From positions 421,832 to 485,831 of the forward strand of contig CAWCXJ010000013.1 of assembly GCA_963799485.1 (NCBI GenBank): 64,000 nucleotides of DNA, written 5' to 3'. This document shows, in pieces, positions 30,982-41,906 of the stretch. The translations under genes and the position numbers were made by a program. Positions within the stretch are counted from its first letter, which is position 1, and each line of letters opens with the position of its first letter. Origin of the DNA: an uncultured Trueperaceae bacterium (lineage in GTDB: Bacteria; Deinococcota; Deinococci; Deinococcales; Trueperaceae). The notes under the pieces are model-generated. The model had not been told where the DNA came from, ran no database searches, and saw only the letters and a program-made list of their open reading frames with translations.

Positions 30982-31144
30982 CCGAAGGTCTAGTGTAGCG
31001 TACTCGGGCAGCCTCTGTGAACCTCTTACCCGGCTCGCCGCGCGACCTCATACCCAGCTGCCGACCTCGCCGTAAAAAGGCGCGTTGTACACTGGTAGGT
31101 AATGCGTTTGCCCTGCCCTACTTTTTTTTGCACCCTGAGCGTCC

Positions 31145-33706
31145 ATGGCTGAGCGAACTCAAAGCCCGGCGGGCCGCAACGGTCATAAAATCGTCATCAT
31201 CGACGGTCACGCGCTCGCGTTTCGTTCGTACTACGCCATCCGCGACCTCAGCAATTCCAGAGGTGAGACGACCAACGCGGTCTTCGGCTTTTTGCGTTCG
31301 CTGCTGCGTATTTTGCAGGAAGAGGGCGAGTTCGACGCGACGGTCGTGACCTTCGACGCGCCCGCTAAAACCTTCCGGCACGAACAGTTTGACGGTTACA
31401 AGGCGGGGCGGCGCGACACGCCCGAAGATTTGCCCCGGCAGATTCGGCAGATCAAGCGGGCGGTCGAGTTGCTGGGGCTTTACCAGATTGAGGTGCCGGG
31501 GCTCGAGGCCGACGACCTCATCGGCACTATCGCCACACGCTGCGCCGAACGCGGTTACAAAGTCGAGATCGTCACTTCTGATCGCGACGCGTACCAGCTC
31601 GTCGGTGACCACATTACGGTGCGCGGGCTCAGCAAAAACGATTCGTTCGGCCCCGCCGAGGTGTTCCAAAAGTTCGGCGTCACCGTCGCGCAGTGGGTCG
31701 ATTACCGCTCGCTTACCGGCGACGCCTCGGACAACATCCCCGGCGCGAAGGGCATCGGCCCGAAAACGGCGGCGAAACTGCTGCAAGATTACGGGACGCT
31801 CGACGCCATTTTAGAACAGGTTGAAACGCTCAAACCCGAGAGCGCCGCTAAAAAGGTTGCCGCCAGCATAGAAAACGTCAAGTTTTCGCGTGAGCTCTCA
31901 CGCATCATTACCGACGCCGACTTAGAGATCAACCCCGAAGGCTGGTCGAAACGCGAGCTGCAACGTGAGGCGTTGACCGAGCTGTTGCAAACCCTCGAGT
32001 TCGGTTCGATGCTCCGTGAGCTGGGCCTAACCGACGAGGCGACAAGCAGCACCTCGGCAACCGGGAGCAGCTACCGTAAAATCGCCTCAGCCGATATCTT
32101 TTTCGGGGGGGCGTTCGGATTCGTGCTCTCGAGCGCCTCCCCGATGAGCGCCGAGCTGACCGAACTCGCCGTCGCTTCGGCGGGAACCGTCGCTGACGTT
32201 GAGTCCGAATGGGCGCAGGCGATTCTTGGTAGTGAAGGGACACTCAACGCCTGCGACGCCAAAGCGTTAGCCGTTTACGCCTCACGCGGCGAGGGGGGCG
32301 AACGGGTCTCCCCCGGCGACGACCCGCTCTTGATGGCGTATGTGCTGGACCCCAACACCGCCGACCCGGAAACGGTCGCACGGCGTTACGGCGCACCCGA
32401 CTGGGGCGTCACCGCCGCGTCACGGGCCGTGACGACCGCCGAACTCCTCAAAATCCTGCCGCCCAAGCTCGCCGCCGAACCGCGCCTCAAAGACCTTTAC
32501 GAAAAGATTGAGCGTCCCTTGGCCCATGTTCTCGCCCAGATGGAGCGCACCGGCGTCAAAATCGACACGGCGTTCTTGGGCCGACAGTCCGAAGCAATGA
32601 GTGAAACGCTGCTGGGCCTCGAGCAAAAAGTTCGCGAAATCGCCGGCAACGACGCCTTGAACCTCAACTCACGCGACCAGTTGGCTGAACTTTTGTTTGA
32701 AAAACTCAAGCTGCAAGCAGGCCGTAAAACGACCACGGGCAAACGTTCGACCGCCGTAAGTGCCCTGGAGCCGCTCCGTGACGTGCACCCGGTCGTGCCC
32801 TTGATCCTCGAATACCGCGAGTTGGCCAAACTCAAAAGCACCTACCTAGACCCGCTGCCCCGCCTCATCAATCCCGAAACCGGACGCCTCCACACGACCT
32901 TTAACCAAGCAGCCACCGCGACCGGGCGGCTCTCGTCAACGAACCCGAATCTGCAAAATATCCCGGTGCGGACCGAAATCGGGCGTGAAATCCGGCGCGG
33001 CTTTGTCGCCGACGAAGGTACGACGCTCTTGGTTGCCGACTATTCGCAGATCGAGCTGCGGATTTTGGCGCACATTACCGGTGAAGAAGCACTCTTGGAG
33101 ACCTTCCGGTCGGGCGACGACATCCACCGCCGCACCGCCGCACAGATTTACGGTGTGGACACCTCCAAAGTCAAACCCGACATGCGCCGGGTAGCGAAAA
33201 TCATCAACTTCGGTGTGCTTTACGGGATGTCGGCGCACCGCCTGACCCGTGAGCTGGACATCAGCTATGAAGAGGCTGCTGCGTTTATCAAAACGTACTT
33301 CGAGCGCTACCCCAAGGTGCGGGATTATATCGAGGCGACTTTGGAGTTTGCCCGTAAAAACGGTTACGTCGAAACGCTCCTGGGCCGCCGCCGGCTGATT
33401 CCAGACATCAGCAGCACGAACCGCAACGCGCGCGAGTACGCCGAACGCACCGCCTACAACATGCCGATTCAGGGGACACAGGCCGATATCGTCAAGCTCG
33501 CCATGCTGCGACTCTCCCCCGAACTCGCCGCATCGGGTGCTAAACTCTTGCTGCAAGTTCACGACGAACTCGTGATCGAAGCGCCGCAAGCTGCCGCCGC
33601 CGAGGTCGCAGAAACCGTCAAGACGGCGATGGAGGGTGCTTACACGCTCGAGGTACCGCTCACTGCCGAGGTCGGGGCAGGGCAAAACTGGCTCGAGGCA
33701 AAGTAA
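31145..33706 (+). CDS. polA: DNA polymerase I (Taq-type, degenerate 3'-5' exonuclease region)
   Basis: IDGHALAFR, EADD, GDASDNIPG, TGRLSSTNPNLQNIP, DYSQIELR, KIINFGVLYG, QVHDEL. Confidence 0.98.
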   Translation: MAERTQSPAGRNGHKIVIIDGHALAFRSYYAIRDLSNSRGETTNAVFGFLRSLLRILQEEGEFDATVVTFDAPAKTFRHEQFDGYKAGRRDTPEDLPRQIRQIKRAVELLGLYQIEVPGLEADDLIGTIATRCAERGYKVEIVTSDRDAYQLVGDHITVRGLSKNDSFGPAEVFQKFGVTVAQWVDYRSLTGDASDNIPGAKGIGPKTAAKLLQDYGTLDAILEQVETLKPESAAKKVAASIENVKFSRELSRIITDADLEINPEGWSKRELQREALTELLQTLEFGSMLRELGLTDEATSSTSATGSSYRKIASADIFFGGAFGFVLSSASPMSAELTELAVASAGTVADVESEWAQAILGSEGTLNACDAKALAVYASRGEGGERVSPGDDPLLMAYVLDPNTADPETVARRYGAPDWGVTAASRAVTTAELLKILPPKLAAEPRLKDLYEKIERPLAHVLAQMERTGVKIDTAFLGRQSEAMSETLLGLEQKVREIAGNDALNLNSRDQLAELLFEKLKLQAGRKTTTGKRSTAVSALEPLRDVHPVVPLILEYRELAKLKSTYLDPLPRLINPETGRLHTTFNQAATATGRLSSTNPNLQNIPVRTEIGREIRRGFVADEGTTLLVADYSQIELRILAHITGEEALLETFRSGDDIHRRTAAQIYGVDTSKVKPDMRRVAKIINFGVLYGMSAHRLTRELDISYEEAAAFIKTYFERYPKVRDYIEATLEFARKNGYVETLLGRRRLIPDISSTNRNAREYAERTAYNMPIQGTQADIVKLAMLRLSPELAASGAKLLLQVHDELVIEAPQAAAAEVAETVKTAMEGAYTLEVPLTAEVGAGQNWLEAK

Positions 33707-33821
33707 ACTATGACAACTCAACAAAAGCCGAAAACCTCACACACGCCGTAAACCGGGCCGAAGGCGTGCATTTTAAGATTAGCTTAAGGTTGAAGTCGTT
33801 AAAATGAGTACAATGAGCATT

Positions 33822-35156
33822 ATGTCCCGACACTACTTTGGCACCGACGGCATCCGGGGGGTCGCCGGCACCTCCCCGATGACCGCAGAATTCGCCTTCT
33901 TGGTCGGCGTCGCCGCTGCCGAAGCCCTGAAAGGCGCGGGCCGCGACACCCCTACTGTCCTGATCGGACGCGACACCCGCCGCTCCGGGCCGATGCTGCT
34001 TTTTGCACTCGTCGCCGGGTTGACCTCGCGCGGCGCGCACGCCGTCGAACTCGGCGTGATGCCGACGCCCGGTGTGTCGCACCTGTGCCGCTCGCTCGGG
34101 GCCGCTGCGGGCGTCGTCATCAGCGCCTCGCACAACCCTTTTGCCGATAACGGCATCAAGTTTTTTAGCGCCGACGGCGAAAAGCTTTCGGACGCGCTCG
34201 AGGCTGAAATCGAAACTCACATCGACCAGGCTCAGGCACTACCGCCTGTGACCGGCGCGGACATCGGTAGCTTCGAGCGCTACGACCGCGCGAGCGGACA
34301 CGAATACCGCGACTTTTTAGTCGCCAGCGGCCCCGACTTAAACGGGCTCAAAATCGGTCTCGACTGCGCCAACGGAGCCGCCTACAAACTCGCGCCGGAA
34401 ATCTTCACCTTGTTGGGCGCGGACGTGCGCGTCATCAACGCCGAACCCGACGGCCTCAACATCAATACCGCTTGCGGCTCCACGCACCCGGAAGCGATTG
34501 CCAATTTTGTCCAGTCCGAAGGTCTCGACCTCGGTGTGACCTTCGACGGCGACGCCGACCGCGCGCTCCTCGTCGACCGTTCGGGCCGGCTGATTTCGGG
34601 CGATCACATGCTCGCTATCTGTGCGCTCTACCGCCATGAGCAGGCGGTCGTCTCGACCATTATGGGCAATTTGGGGTTGGAGCATTACCTCGAGCGCCAC
34701 GGCGTCACCTTCCACCGCGCCGCCGTCGGCGACCGCTACGTCCACGAGATGCTCCGCACCAAGGGCTTGTCGTTAGGCGGCGAACAGTCCGGGCACGTGC
34801 TCTTTTTAGACAAAGCGCCGACGGGCGACGGGATTTTAAGTGCGCTGCAAACGCTCGCAGCGGTGCAGGGCTCGAGCAAGAGTCTCGAGGTGTGGTTCGA
34901 CGAAATCACCATGTACCCGCAAACCTTACTCAACGTCCGGGTCGACCCACTCGTCAAAGCCCGGCTCGCCGAACACCAGCAGGTGATGGCGGCCCTTCAG
35001 GCAGCCTCGCTCCGCCTTAACGGGGAGGGCCGCGTTAACGTCCGGCCTTCAGGGACTGAGCCGCTCGTCCGGGTTATGGTCGAAGGGCGCGACCAGGTGA
35101 TGATTGAGCAGGTCGCGCGTGACATCGCTGCAGTCGTCGAACGAGCGACACTTTAA
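33822..35156 (+). CDS. glmM: Phosphoglucosamine mutase
   Basis: FGTDGIRG, VISASHNP, DGDADR, GGEQSGH, RPSGTEP; TACAAT lies 7 nt before ATG 33822. Confidence 0.96.
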   Translation: MSRHYFGTDGIRGVAGTSPMTAEFAFLVGVAAAEALKGAGRDTPTVLIGRDTRRSGPMLLFALVAGLTSRGAHAVELGVMPTPGVSHLCRSLGAAAGVVISASHNPFADNGIKFFSADGEKLSDALEAEIETHIDQAQALPPVTGADIGSFERYDRASGHEYRDFLVASGPDLNGLKIGLDCANGAAYKLAPEIFTLLGADVRVINAEPDGLNINTACGSTHPEAIANFVQSEGLDLGVTFDGDADRALLVDRSGRLISGDHMLAICALYRHEQAVVSTIMGNLGLEHYLERHGVTFHRAAVGDRYVHEMLRTKGLSLGGEQSGHVLFLDKAPTGDGILSALQTLAAVQGSSKSLEVWFDEITMYPQTLLNVRVDPLVKARLAEHQQVMAALQAASLRLNGEGRVNVRPSGTEPLVRVMVEGRDQVMIEQVARDIAAVVERATL

Positions 35157-35182
35157 TTCAGTCCGAAACCCAGCAAAGACCG

Positions 35183-35218
35183 GCTCACCTCTCGCATAAC
35201 TGCGGGTGGGCTTTTTTT
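35183..35218 (+). terminator. Probable terminator after glmM
   Basis: GCTCACC..GGTGGGC stem followed by a T7 run. Confidence 0.55.
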
Positions 35219-35781
35219 GTACGCTGCGATTAGAAGCGAGACGACATTGTTCTACAAGCGGCTGTGCTTAGAGCCAGGCTTTTATCACTAGCACTTCCAA
35301 CATTCACAGCAACAAGGTAAACTAAGGCGTGGGCAGCTGTTCACTAGCATTACAGCTGCAGTTAGCAGGCGTAAGTTGAGCCATGACTTTCTCCAACGGC
35401 ACACTGCCCAACTTCAAGACTTGGACAGCCGGACTCGATAAGCTCCATCGCCGCATCTCAGAATACTTCGGACGTTCCGAACAGCAGCAGCGCGTTAAAG
35501 CGTACCTACAAGCCCTGTTGAACCCGGTCGAGCGCAAAAATAGCTGGCAGTTTGCCGAATGCTCAGGTGAAGCCACGCCCGATGGGATGCAGCGGCTACT
35601 TTCAACGGCTGTGTGGGACGCCGATGTGGTTAGAGATGAACTGTGCAGATATGTTTTAGGTAGTTTAGGCGATGAGCAAGCGGTATTGGCAGTCGATGAA
35701 ACCGGCTTTCTGAAACAAGGGGACAAATCAGTCGGTGTGAAGCGTCAATACAGTAGCACCGCTGAGCGCGTTGAGAACTGT

Positions 35782-35808
35782 ACGGCTTCGCCTCGGCGCT
35801 TCGCTGAA
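35782..35808 (-). repeat. 27-bp double mini-hairpin element
   Basis: Adds TASPRRFAE into the conserved VENC|QVGVF motif. Confidence 0.92.
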
Positions 35809-36638
35809 CAGGTAGGTGTGTTCTTGGCCTACACAACAGCTCAAGGAACAGCATTCATCGACCGAGAACTATTTCTACCGAAAGAATGAGTCGGTAATCT
35901 TCCTCGTCGCCGTGAAGCTCACATCCCTGACGAAGTAACCGGGTCAACCAAGCCCGAGTTGGCTAAGACGATGCTGCAACGTGTTTTTGATGGGGATGTA
36001 AAAGCCGCTTGGGTCACCGGGGACGCGGCCTATTCCGGTTACGGCGTGCGCTCGTGGCTTGAAGAGAAGAAACAGCCACATATATTCGCCATAGCCTCGA
36101 ACTTCCATGTCTGGACTTGGGATAAGCAAGGGCCTCGGCAGAAGCCGGTCAAAGACATCGTAGATGGGTTCGACGAACTTCGCTGGCAGCGGTTGAGCGC
36201 CGGGTACTAGCGAGGCGCAATTTGGACGATCCAACCGACCTCGCCTGCTTTACGGTCTTCGCACCGCAGACCACACCGCTAGAGCGTGTGGTTCAGGTAG
36301 TCGGGTCGCGTTGAGCTATCGAAATCGGCTTCAAAACCGCAAAAGGCGAAGTGGGTCTCGACCGGTACGAAGTGCGTTCGTGGACGGGTTGGTATCGGCA
36401 TATCATCCTTGCTCTGCTAGCCCATGCGTTTCTGGTGACGATACAGGCGCGTGAGAAAAAGGGGGCTCGGCAGCCGCGGCTGCTCAGCTCATCGCCTTGA
36501 CGGTTCCCGAAGTTCGTCGTTTATTTGCTTTGGCACTACGGCAGGTGGTTCGGCGAGCGTTTGTATTGGCCTGGTCGGTGTGGCGACGCCAGCATCAGTT
36601 TAGAGCCCAGCAATGTCATCATCGCCTCGGCAACGGCG

Positions 36639-37821
36639 CAGGGCAACCGCAAAGTCAAGCAGTGAGGAGCTTAAGCAAATAAGCGCGATCCCAGCCTGCA
36701 CGTAGGCGCTTAGCCTCGACGCCTGCTTTGATGGACTTGTCGCGTTTAAGCAAGTTGACAGCAAGATGCCTAAGTGCGACCCAGGTAGCTTGGGCGTTTT
36801 TGAGACGTGCCCGTGAGCGGTCTTCGTCAAACGCTACATCGAGAACCCAGTGCAAGCCGTTTTCGACGCCCCAGTGCAAGCGGGCTGCACGTAGGGCACG
36901 CTCAGCATCGAGCGGCAAACTGGTAATGAAGTAACGGCTGTGCGTGGTTGTATAGGTGCCGACGGTACGAGTTGCGTGAACGCGCACGATGCCGGTCAAG
37001 TCGCGCCAAGTCTCACGCTCGTGCAACCACTCGGGAACGGGTAAAACCCAGCATTCACGGGTCTCTTCACGCCCATGCCTCTGTTCGGTAGTCTTGGTAC
37101 GGCTGTGTTCAATGTCCCAGTTAACCTTGTCGGCATAAGCAAAGAAATCCTTGGCATCTGCGTAGAGCGTTGGATGGTTGTCTTTGAGCGCTAGCAGGTA
37201 GTGTGCGTGATGCTCTCTAGCTGTCCAGGCTATCTGTTTCTGACAACCCAGGGCGTCTGTAGTGACAACCGCCCCGGCGGGGTTTACAACTTCTAAAAGC
37301 TCAGGAATGACCGTGATCTCGTTTGTTTTCTCAGGTACTTGCTGCTGGGTCGGCACAACTTCGAACTGGCTCGACCAAACACTGACAGTATGCAAAGCCC
37401 CTCCACCCTCGCTTAAAGAGCCTCTTACCGTCTTGCCGTCCACCGCAAGCACTTCATCCTCCCTTTCGGCGGGCGCGGGTAGCCCTAGAGTCTGTGTCCA
37501 AGACAAAAAGCGGGTCTGCCAAGCAGTAGGATGCAATATCGCAAACAACCGCTCGAAGGTATCTTGACTTGGAATACCCGACGAAAGCCTGAGAAACTCT
37601 CGCAACCACACTTCTCGCGCTAGGGCGTACTGATGTATCTGACTGTAAGTATTAGCTCCGCAAATGACCGCCAAAATGCTGATACATACGATGTCTACCA
37701 GCTCATGCCGAATCCCACGGCGGTTACGTGGATCAGGTAAGTCCGTAAAGTGCTTGATCAGTCCGGGTATGTCTCGTTCGGTCATTCACCAAGTTACATC
37801 TCTGACTTTGCGGTAGCCCTG
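36639..37821 (-). mobile_element. ISAs1-family element, intact transposase 36655-37785
   Basis: 19-bp IR CAGGGC(A/T)ACCGCAAAGTCA; 10-bp TSD GGCAACGGCG (36629-36638, 37822-37831); VDGKTVRGS, NEIT, DALGCQ, HWGVENGLHW. Confidence 0.97.
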
Positions 37822-38112
37822 GGCAACGGCGCTATGCTATAGCTAACTGCGACTGTAGCTAGGTATCCTAATAGCATTTACACCGCAGGTTGACCCCCTG
37901 TAGAACAGGCGTGCTGCACAATCTTCGCACGCATAGCTCATAGCTGACCGGATGTTACTGCTGAAAAGCTTGCCAACGGTGTCCGAAGTGCAGCGGTGCC
38001 GATGATACGGCTACCGTTCACAAGCTCACCGCAAACTGCGCGCAACTGCGCCCTTGTAAACTTGCCGCTAGGCTACCCGAACTATCTAGCTGGGGCTACC
38101 GGAGCGTAAACC

Positions 38113-38955
38113 ATGGAGGCGACCCTGAGCTTTTTGAGATTCTCACAACGGCTAACCGAAGGCGTCGAACAGCATTTTGCGTGGAAGGTTCGGCGACGCA
38201 AACGTCGAGACCGAAGTCCGCTGCTCGCCACGCTTCAAGACAAGTATGCAGCCAAACTTTATGCGGCGGCTTGTGGCGTCAAAAGTGCCGAGTTGCTCTA
38301 CGTTACCACCGAACCCGCTACGCTGCCCTTCGAGCAGCTTCCGCCGAACTATTTTGTCAAAGCGACGCATGGACAAAACTGGAACATCCGCGCCGCAGCA
38401 TCGAAGCTTTATCTTTACCGTAACGGCGCAGCGGGAACAGCTGAGATTACCTTGACCAAAGAAGCGTGCGTTGCCCGGTGCCAAACGTGGCTGAGCCGGA
38501 CATATTCGGAATCGGAATGGGCGTACACCAAAATCAAACCGCGCATTCTTGTCGAGGCGGCGCTCGAGCCCTGCGGCGACGAACTCTTCGACTACCGGTT
38601 TTACACCTTCGGCGGCAAGGTCAGCGCTATCAGTCTGGGTTCACCACGCTACCGAAAAAACAAGCTCAACGTCTTTTTTACCCCTGACTGGCAACCTTTT
38701 AACCTAACCTGTTACGCCGAGGCGCTCCCTCACCCGTTGCCGGAAAAACCGGCTGTGCTGGCGGAAATGATCGCGGCAGCCGAAACGCTCGGCGCCGCCA
38801 CCGACTTTGTACGTGTCGATCTCTACAACACCGTGCAGGGCGTTATGCTCGGTGAACTCACCGTCTATCCGCACGCCGGACGCGTCGGCACACCTACAGG
38901 CTGCCGCGTCTTCAACCGTTGGCTGGGAACACAGTGGGCGTCCGCGCCACGCTAG
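38113..38955 (+). CDS. TupA-like ATP-grasp amidoligase
   Basis: DKY, VKATHG, EWAYTKIKPRILVE, DYRFY, FVRVDLY, GELTVYP. Confidence 0.85.
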   Translation: MEATLSFLRFSQRLTEGVEQHFAWKVRRRKRRDRSPLLATLQDKYAAKLYAAACGVKSAELLYVTTEPATLPFEQLPPNYFVKATHGQNWNIRAAASKLYLYRNGAAGTAEITLTKEACVARCQTWLSRTYSESEWAYTKIKPRILVEAALEPCGDELFDYRFYTFGGKVSAISLGSPRYRKNKLNVFFTPDWQPFNLTCYAEALPHPLPEKPAVLAEMIAAAETLGAATDFVRVDLYNTVQGVMLGELTVYPHAGRVGTPTGCRVFNRWLGTQWASAPR

Positions 38956-39118
38956 CGACGTCCGGAAGAGAACCTTGGCGAGGCCTTGCGCGAGCGCTTA
39001 TTTAGAAACGTTTTGCGCTACTGCCAACACCGCGAAAAGATAAACTACTACCACGCAGTAAACAAGCCGATTTTCATAGCAGAAGTCTAGGGTAGCCTGA
39101 AGGGAAAACATAAAGAAA

Positions 39119-39145
39119 CGAGCCGTAAAATGACCTTACGGCTCG
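39119..39145 (-). terminator. Terminator after cpdB
   Basis: CGAGCCGTAA..TTACGGCTCG, a 10-bp stem followed by TTTCTTT on the minus strand. Confidence 0.7.
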
Positions 39146-39165
39146 CCACTTGAACTTACCCGCTT

Positions 39166-41058
39166 CTAGAACGTTATCTCATACGTCCCGAACCCTTGCG
39201 CGCTCGGCCCTTCGAAGGTCACGTTCGCGTCTTGCGGAATCGCGTCTTGCGCGGCGGCGGCACTTTCAAAGGTCGCTTTCACCTCACCGGGCAGGTCAAC
39301 AAAGCTCCAGTTGTCGTCGGCGCTCGGGTTCACAGACTTTTCGGCAGTAAGATAGTCGATCAAAATCTGCCGGTTTTCGTCGGGTGAGTCGATGACGATG
39401 TTCGAGCCGTCGAGACCGGGAAACGCCCCGCCCCCTGAGGCGCGGTAGTTGTTCGTAGCGACTAAAAACTCCTGGTCGTCCGTGACAGGTTCGCCGTTAT
39501 ATTGCAAAGCGACGATACGCGCGGCGTTTTCATCGACTAAATTGCCGTTGGCGTCGTATTTGGAGGGTTGCGAGAGGTCGATCTGATAGGTTACACCGTC
39601 GATCACGTCAAAGTTGTACGAGCGGAAATCTTCGTTGAGGAGCGGCTGGTCGGGGTTGCCGGGTCTAAGCTGGTTGAACTGACCAGCGGAGCGCTCGAGC
39701 CACGCCTTCACCTCTGCGCCCGTAAGCTTGACCACCTTGAGCGTATTCGGATAGATGTACAAGTCGGCGACGTTTTTAATCGCCAGCGCTCCGGCGGGGA
39801 TGTTCGTGTAATACTCCGCGCCGCCACGCCCTCCCGCCTTAAAGGGAGCCGCCGCTGAAAGAATCGGCAGCCCTTCGTATTCGGTTCCTTGCACCGCTTT
39901 TTCGGTGTACCAGGTCTGCGCCTGATTGACGAGCTGCACCGAAGGGTCGTCCAAGACCTGCGCGAAGTACGAGGTGATGGGCGCTTCGGTCTCGGCAACC
40001 TCGCTGCGGATGTAGTCGAGCGTCCCCTGATGGGCTTCGGCAACCGCGTCGACGATTTCGGGGTCGGCGTCTACCAGCGCTTTTTCGTTTTCAGCATCAA
40101 AAATGGGGCGAGCTTCGCTTTGAGAGTCCGTCACCGTCCAAGAACCGTTTTTTTGCGTCAGCGTCAAGTCGATAACGCCCAAGTGATCGCCCCAGAAGCC
40201 CGGCATCACCGAGGGAACGCCGTTGATAGTGCCTTTGTCCAAATCCGCACCCGGATAACCTTCAAACTGCTCGGACGGAAAGATACCGTGCGCGTGCCCG
40301 AATAAAATCGCGTCGATACCCTCGACTTCGCTCAGGTAAGAGACGGCGTTTTCGTCCATGCCCTGCCGCGCACCCGCTTCAAACCCCGAGTGCGGCACTG
40401 CGACGATAATATCCGCGCCTGCCCGACGCATCTCCGGGACGAACTTCTGCGCCGTTTCCACGATGTCTTTGGCGACGACTTCGCCTTCCAAGTTCGACTT
40501 GTCCCACGTCATAACTTGCGGTGGTACAAACCCGATAACGCCGACCTTAAGCGTTTGGGTTGCGCCTGCCGTGTCGGTCACTGCGCGGCTCAAGATGACA
40601 TACGGGTCGAAGTAATTCGTTTCACCGTCCGCTTCGTAGACGTTCGCGTTGACGTAAGGAAAGTCCGCACCGGTCAAGGTCAAGTTCAGGAAGTCCAGGC
40701 CGTAGTTGAATTCGTGGTTGCCGATATTCGCCGCGTCGTAACCGAGCAGATTCATCGCCTGATAGACGGGGTGAACCTCACCGGGTTCCAGCACGTCGAC
40801 TTTGGCTTTGTAGTCGCCTAAAGGCGTTCCTTGAATGAGGTCGCCGTTGTCGAACAGCAGGCTGTTGGTCGCTTCGTTTCTCGCAGCTTTGATCAGCGTC
40901 GCGGTTTTGGCGAGGCCGAACGCGTCCGTTTCGGCGTCCTGATAATAGTCATACGGAACGATGTTCGTGTGAATATCGGTGGTTTCCAGCAGGCGTAGTT
41001 CGACCGTTTGCGCCGAGGCCAGGGGCAACAGGGCCAGACCCAGCAGTAAACTTTTCAT
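39166..41058 (-). CDS. cpdB: 2',3'-cyclic-nucleotide 2'-phosphodiesterase / 3'-nucleotidase, secreted
   Basis: Signal peptide; ETTDIH, DNGDLIQG, GNHEFNYG, GHAH, SAAAPFKAGGR, YNFDVIDG, TNNYRA. Confidence 0.95.
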   Translation of the reverse strand: MKSLLLGLALLPLASAQTVELRLLETTDIHTNIVPYDYYQDAETDAFGLAKTATLIKAARNEATNSLLFDNGDLIQGTPLGDYKAKVDVLEPGEVHPVYQAMNLLGYDAANIGNHEFNYGLDFLNLTLTGADFPYVNANVYEADGETNYFDPYVILSRAVTDTAGATQTLKVGVIGFVPPQVMTWDKSNLEGEVVAKDIVETAQKFVPEMRRAGADIIVAVPHSGFEAGARQGMDENAVSYLSEVEGIDAILFGHAHGIFPSEQFEGYPGADLDKGTINGVPSVMPGFWGDHLGVIDLTLTQKNGSWTVTDSQSEARPIFDAENEKALVDADPEIVDAVAEAHQGTLDYIRSEVAETEAPITSYFAQVLDDPSVQLVNQAQTWYTEKAVQGTEYEGLPILSAAAPFKAGGRGGAEYYTNIPAGALAIKNVADLYIYPNTLKVVKLTGAEVKAWLERSAGQFNQLRPGNPDQPLLNEDFRSYNFDVIDGVTYQIDLSQPSKYDANGNLVDENAARIVALQYNGEPVTDDQEFLVATNNYRASGGGAFPGLDGSNIVIDSPDENRQILIDYLTAEKSVNPSADDNWSFVDLPGEVKATFESAAAAQDAIPQDANVTFEGPSAQGFGTYEITF

Positions 41059-41305
41059 CGTAAAACCTCCACCCCTCAGCCTAGCTCATCTATGTCAGCA
41101 GGTGGTAAGACGAGCCGGCGTGACCTCGAGCCGGCAAAAATAACGCGCCGCGCACCCAAAACCCTCGCTATTTCAAACACACTGCACTTCAAACACACGA
41201 CGCGTTCCGGCAAGGTGGACGGTAGACTCGGCCCGTCACCCTCGAGCGCGTCGGCAAGCACGCCTGATCTACCTGATACGTCCGTTTGCGCCGGTTGTGA
41301 AGTCT

Positions 41306-41899
41306 TTAGAGTGCGAAGAAGTCGCGAATCCCGGTCATCATCATGTTGATGGCGATGGCGGTCAAAATCATCCCCATCAGCCGCTGAATCGCGGTCAAGC
41401 CGCGCCGCCCCAGCCAGCGTGAAAAGCGCACCGCCAGCAGCAACACGCCGCCGGTCAAAAGCCACGCCGTAAAAACCGCCCCGGCCCAGACGCCCGCCCG
41501 CGCGGGGTCGCTGCTCATGATAAACATCACCGACGCCAATGCCGACGGCCCTGCAATCAGCGGAATGGCGAGCGGCACCACCAGCGGTTCATCTTCGCTG
41601 CTGTGCTCCACCATGCCGCCGCCGCCCGCACGGGGAAAAATCATCCTGAGCGCGATCAAAAACAAGATCACGCCGCCCGCCGCCGTCAGGGAAGATTCCG
41701 AAATACCGAGCGCGTCCAGAATGTACTGTCCGGCAAACAAAAAGAGCAGCAGCACGGCGAGCGCAATCAGCAACTCACGCAAAATAATGCGGAGCCGCCG
41801 CGCCGCGCTGTAGGGCTCCAAGATGGACAAAAAGATAGGAATGTTGCCGAACGGATCCATCACCAGAAAGAGCAGGGTCGCCGCTGAAAGGATCGTCAT
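41306..41899 (-). CDS. MarC-family membrane protein
   Basis: LFLVMDPFGNIP, VPLAIPLIAGP, RLMGMIL. Confidence 0.92.
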   Translation of the reverse strand: MTILSAATLLFLVMDPFGNIPIFLSILEPYSAARRLRIILRELLIALAVLLLFLFAGQYILDALGISESSLTAAGGVILFLIALRMIFPRAGGGGMVEHSSEDEPLVVPLAIPLIAGPSALASVMFIMSSDPARAGVWAGAVFTAWLLTGGVLLLAVRFSRWLGRRGLTAIQRLMGMILTAIAINMMMTGIRDFFAL

Positions 41900-41906
41900 C
41901 AGACCG

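Larger units (their letters stand above)
35344..37862 (+). mobile_element. IS701-family element, pseudogenised (stops and deletions) and interrupted by ISAs1
   Basis: [50 protein letters not shown]; IRs TACAG(CT/TC)GCAGTTAGC near 35351 and 37842-37857, with CTAG flanks. Confidence 0.88.

Noticed and set aside
32936..33724. Long antisense ORFs (e.g. 32936-33724, 31118-31786, 11401-12135, 59539-60249)
   Set aside because: These are shadow frames of well-supported genes in GC-rich DNA, with no recognisable motifs
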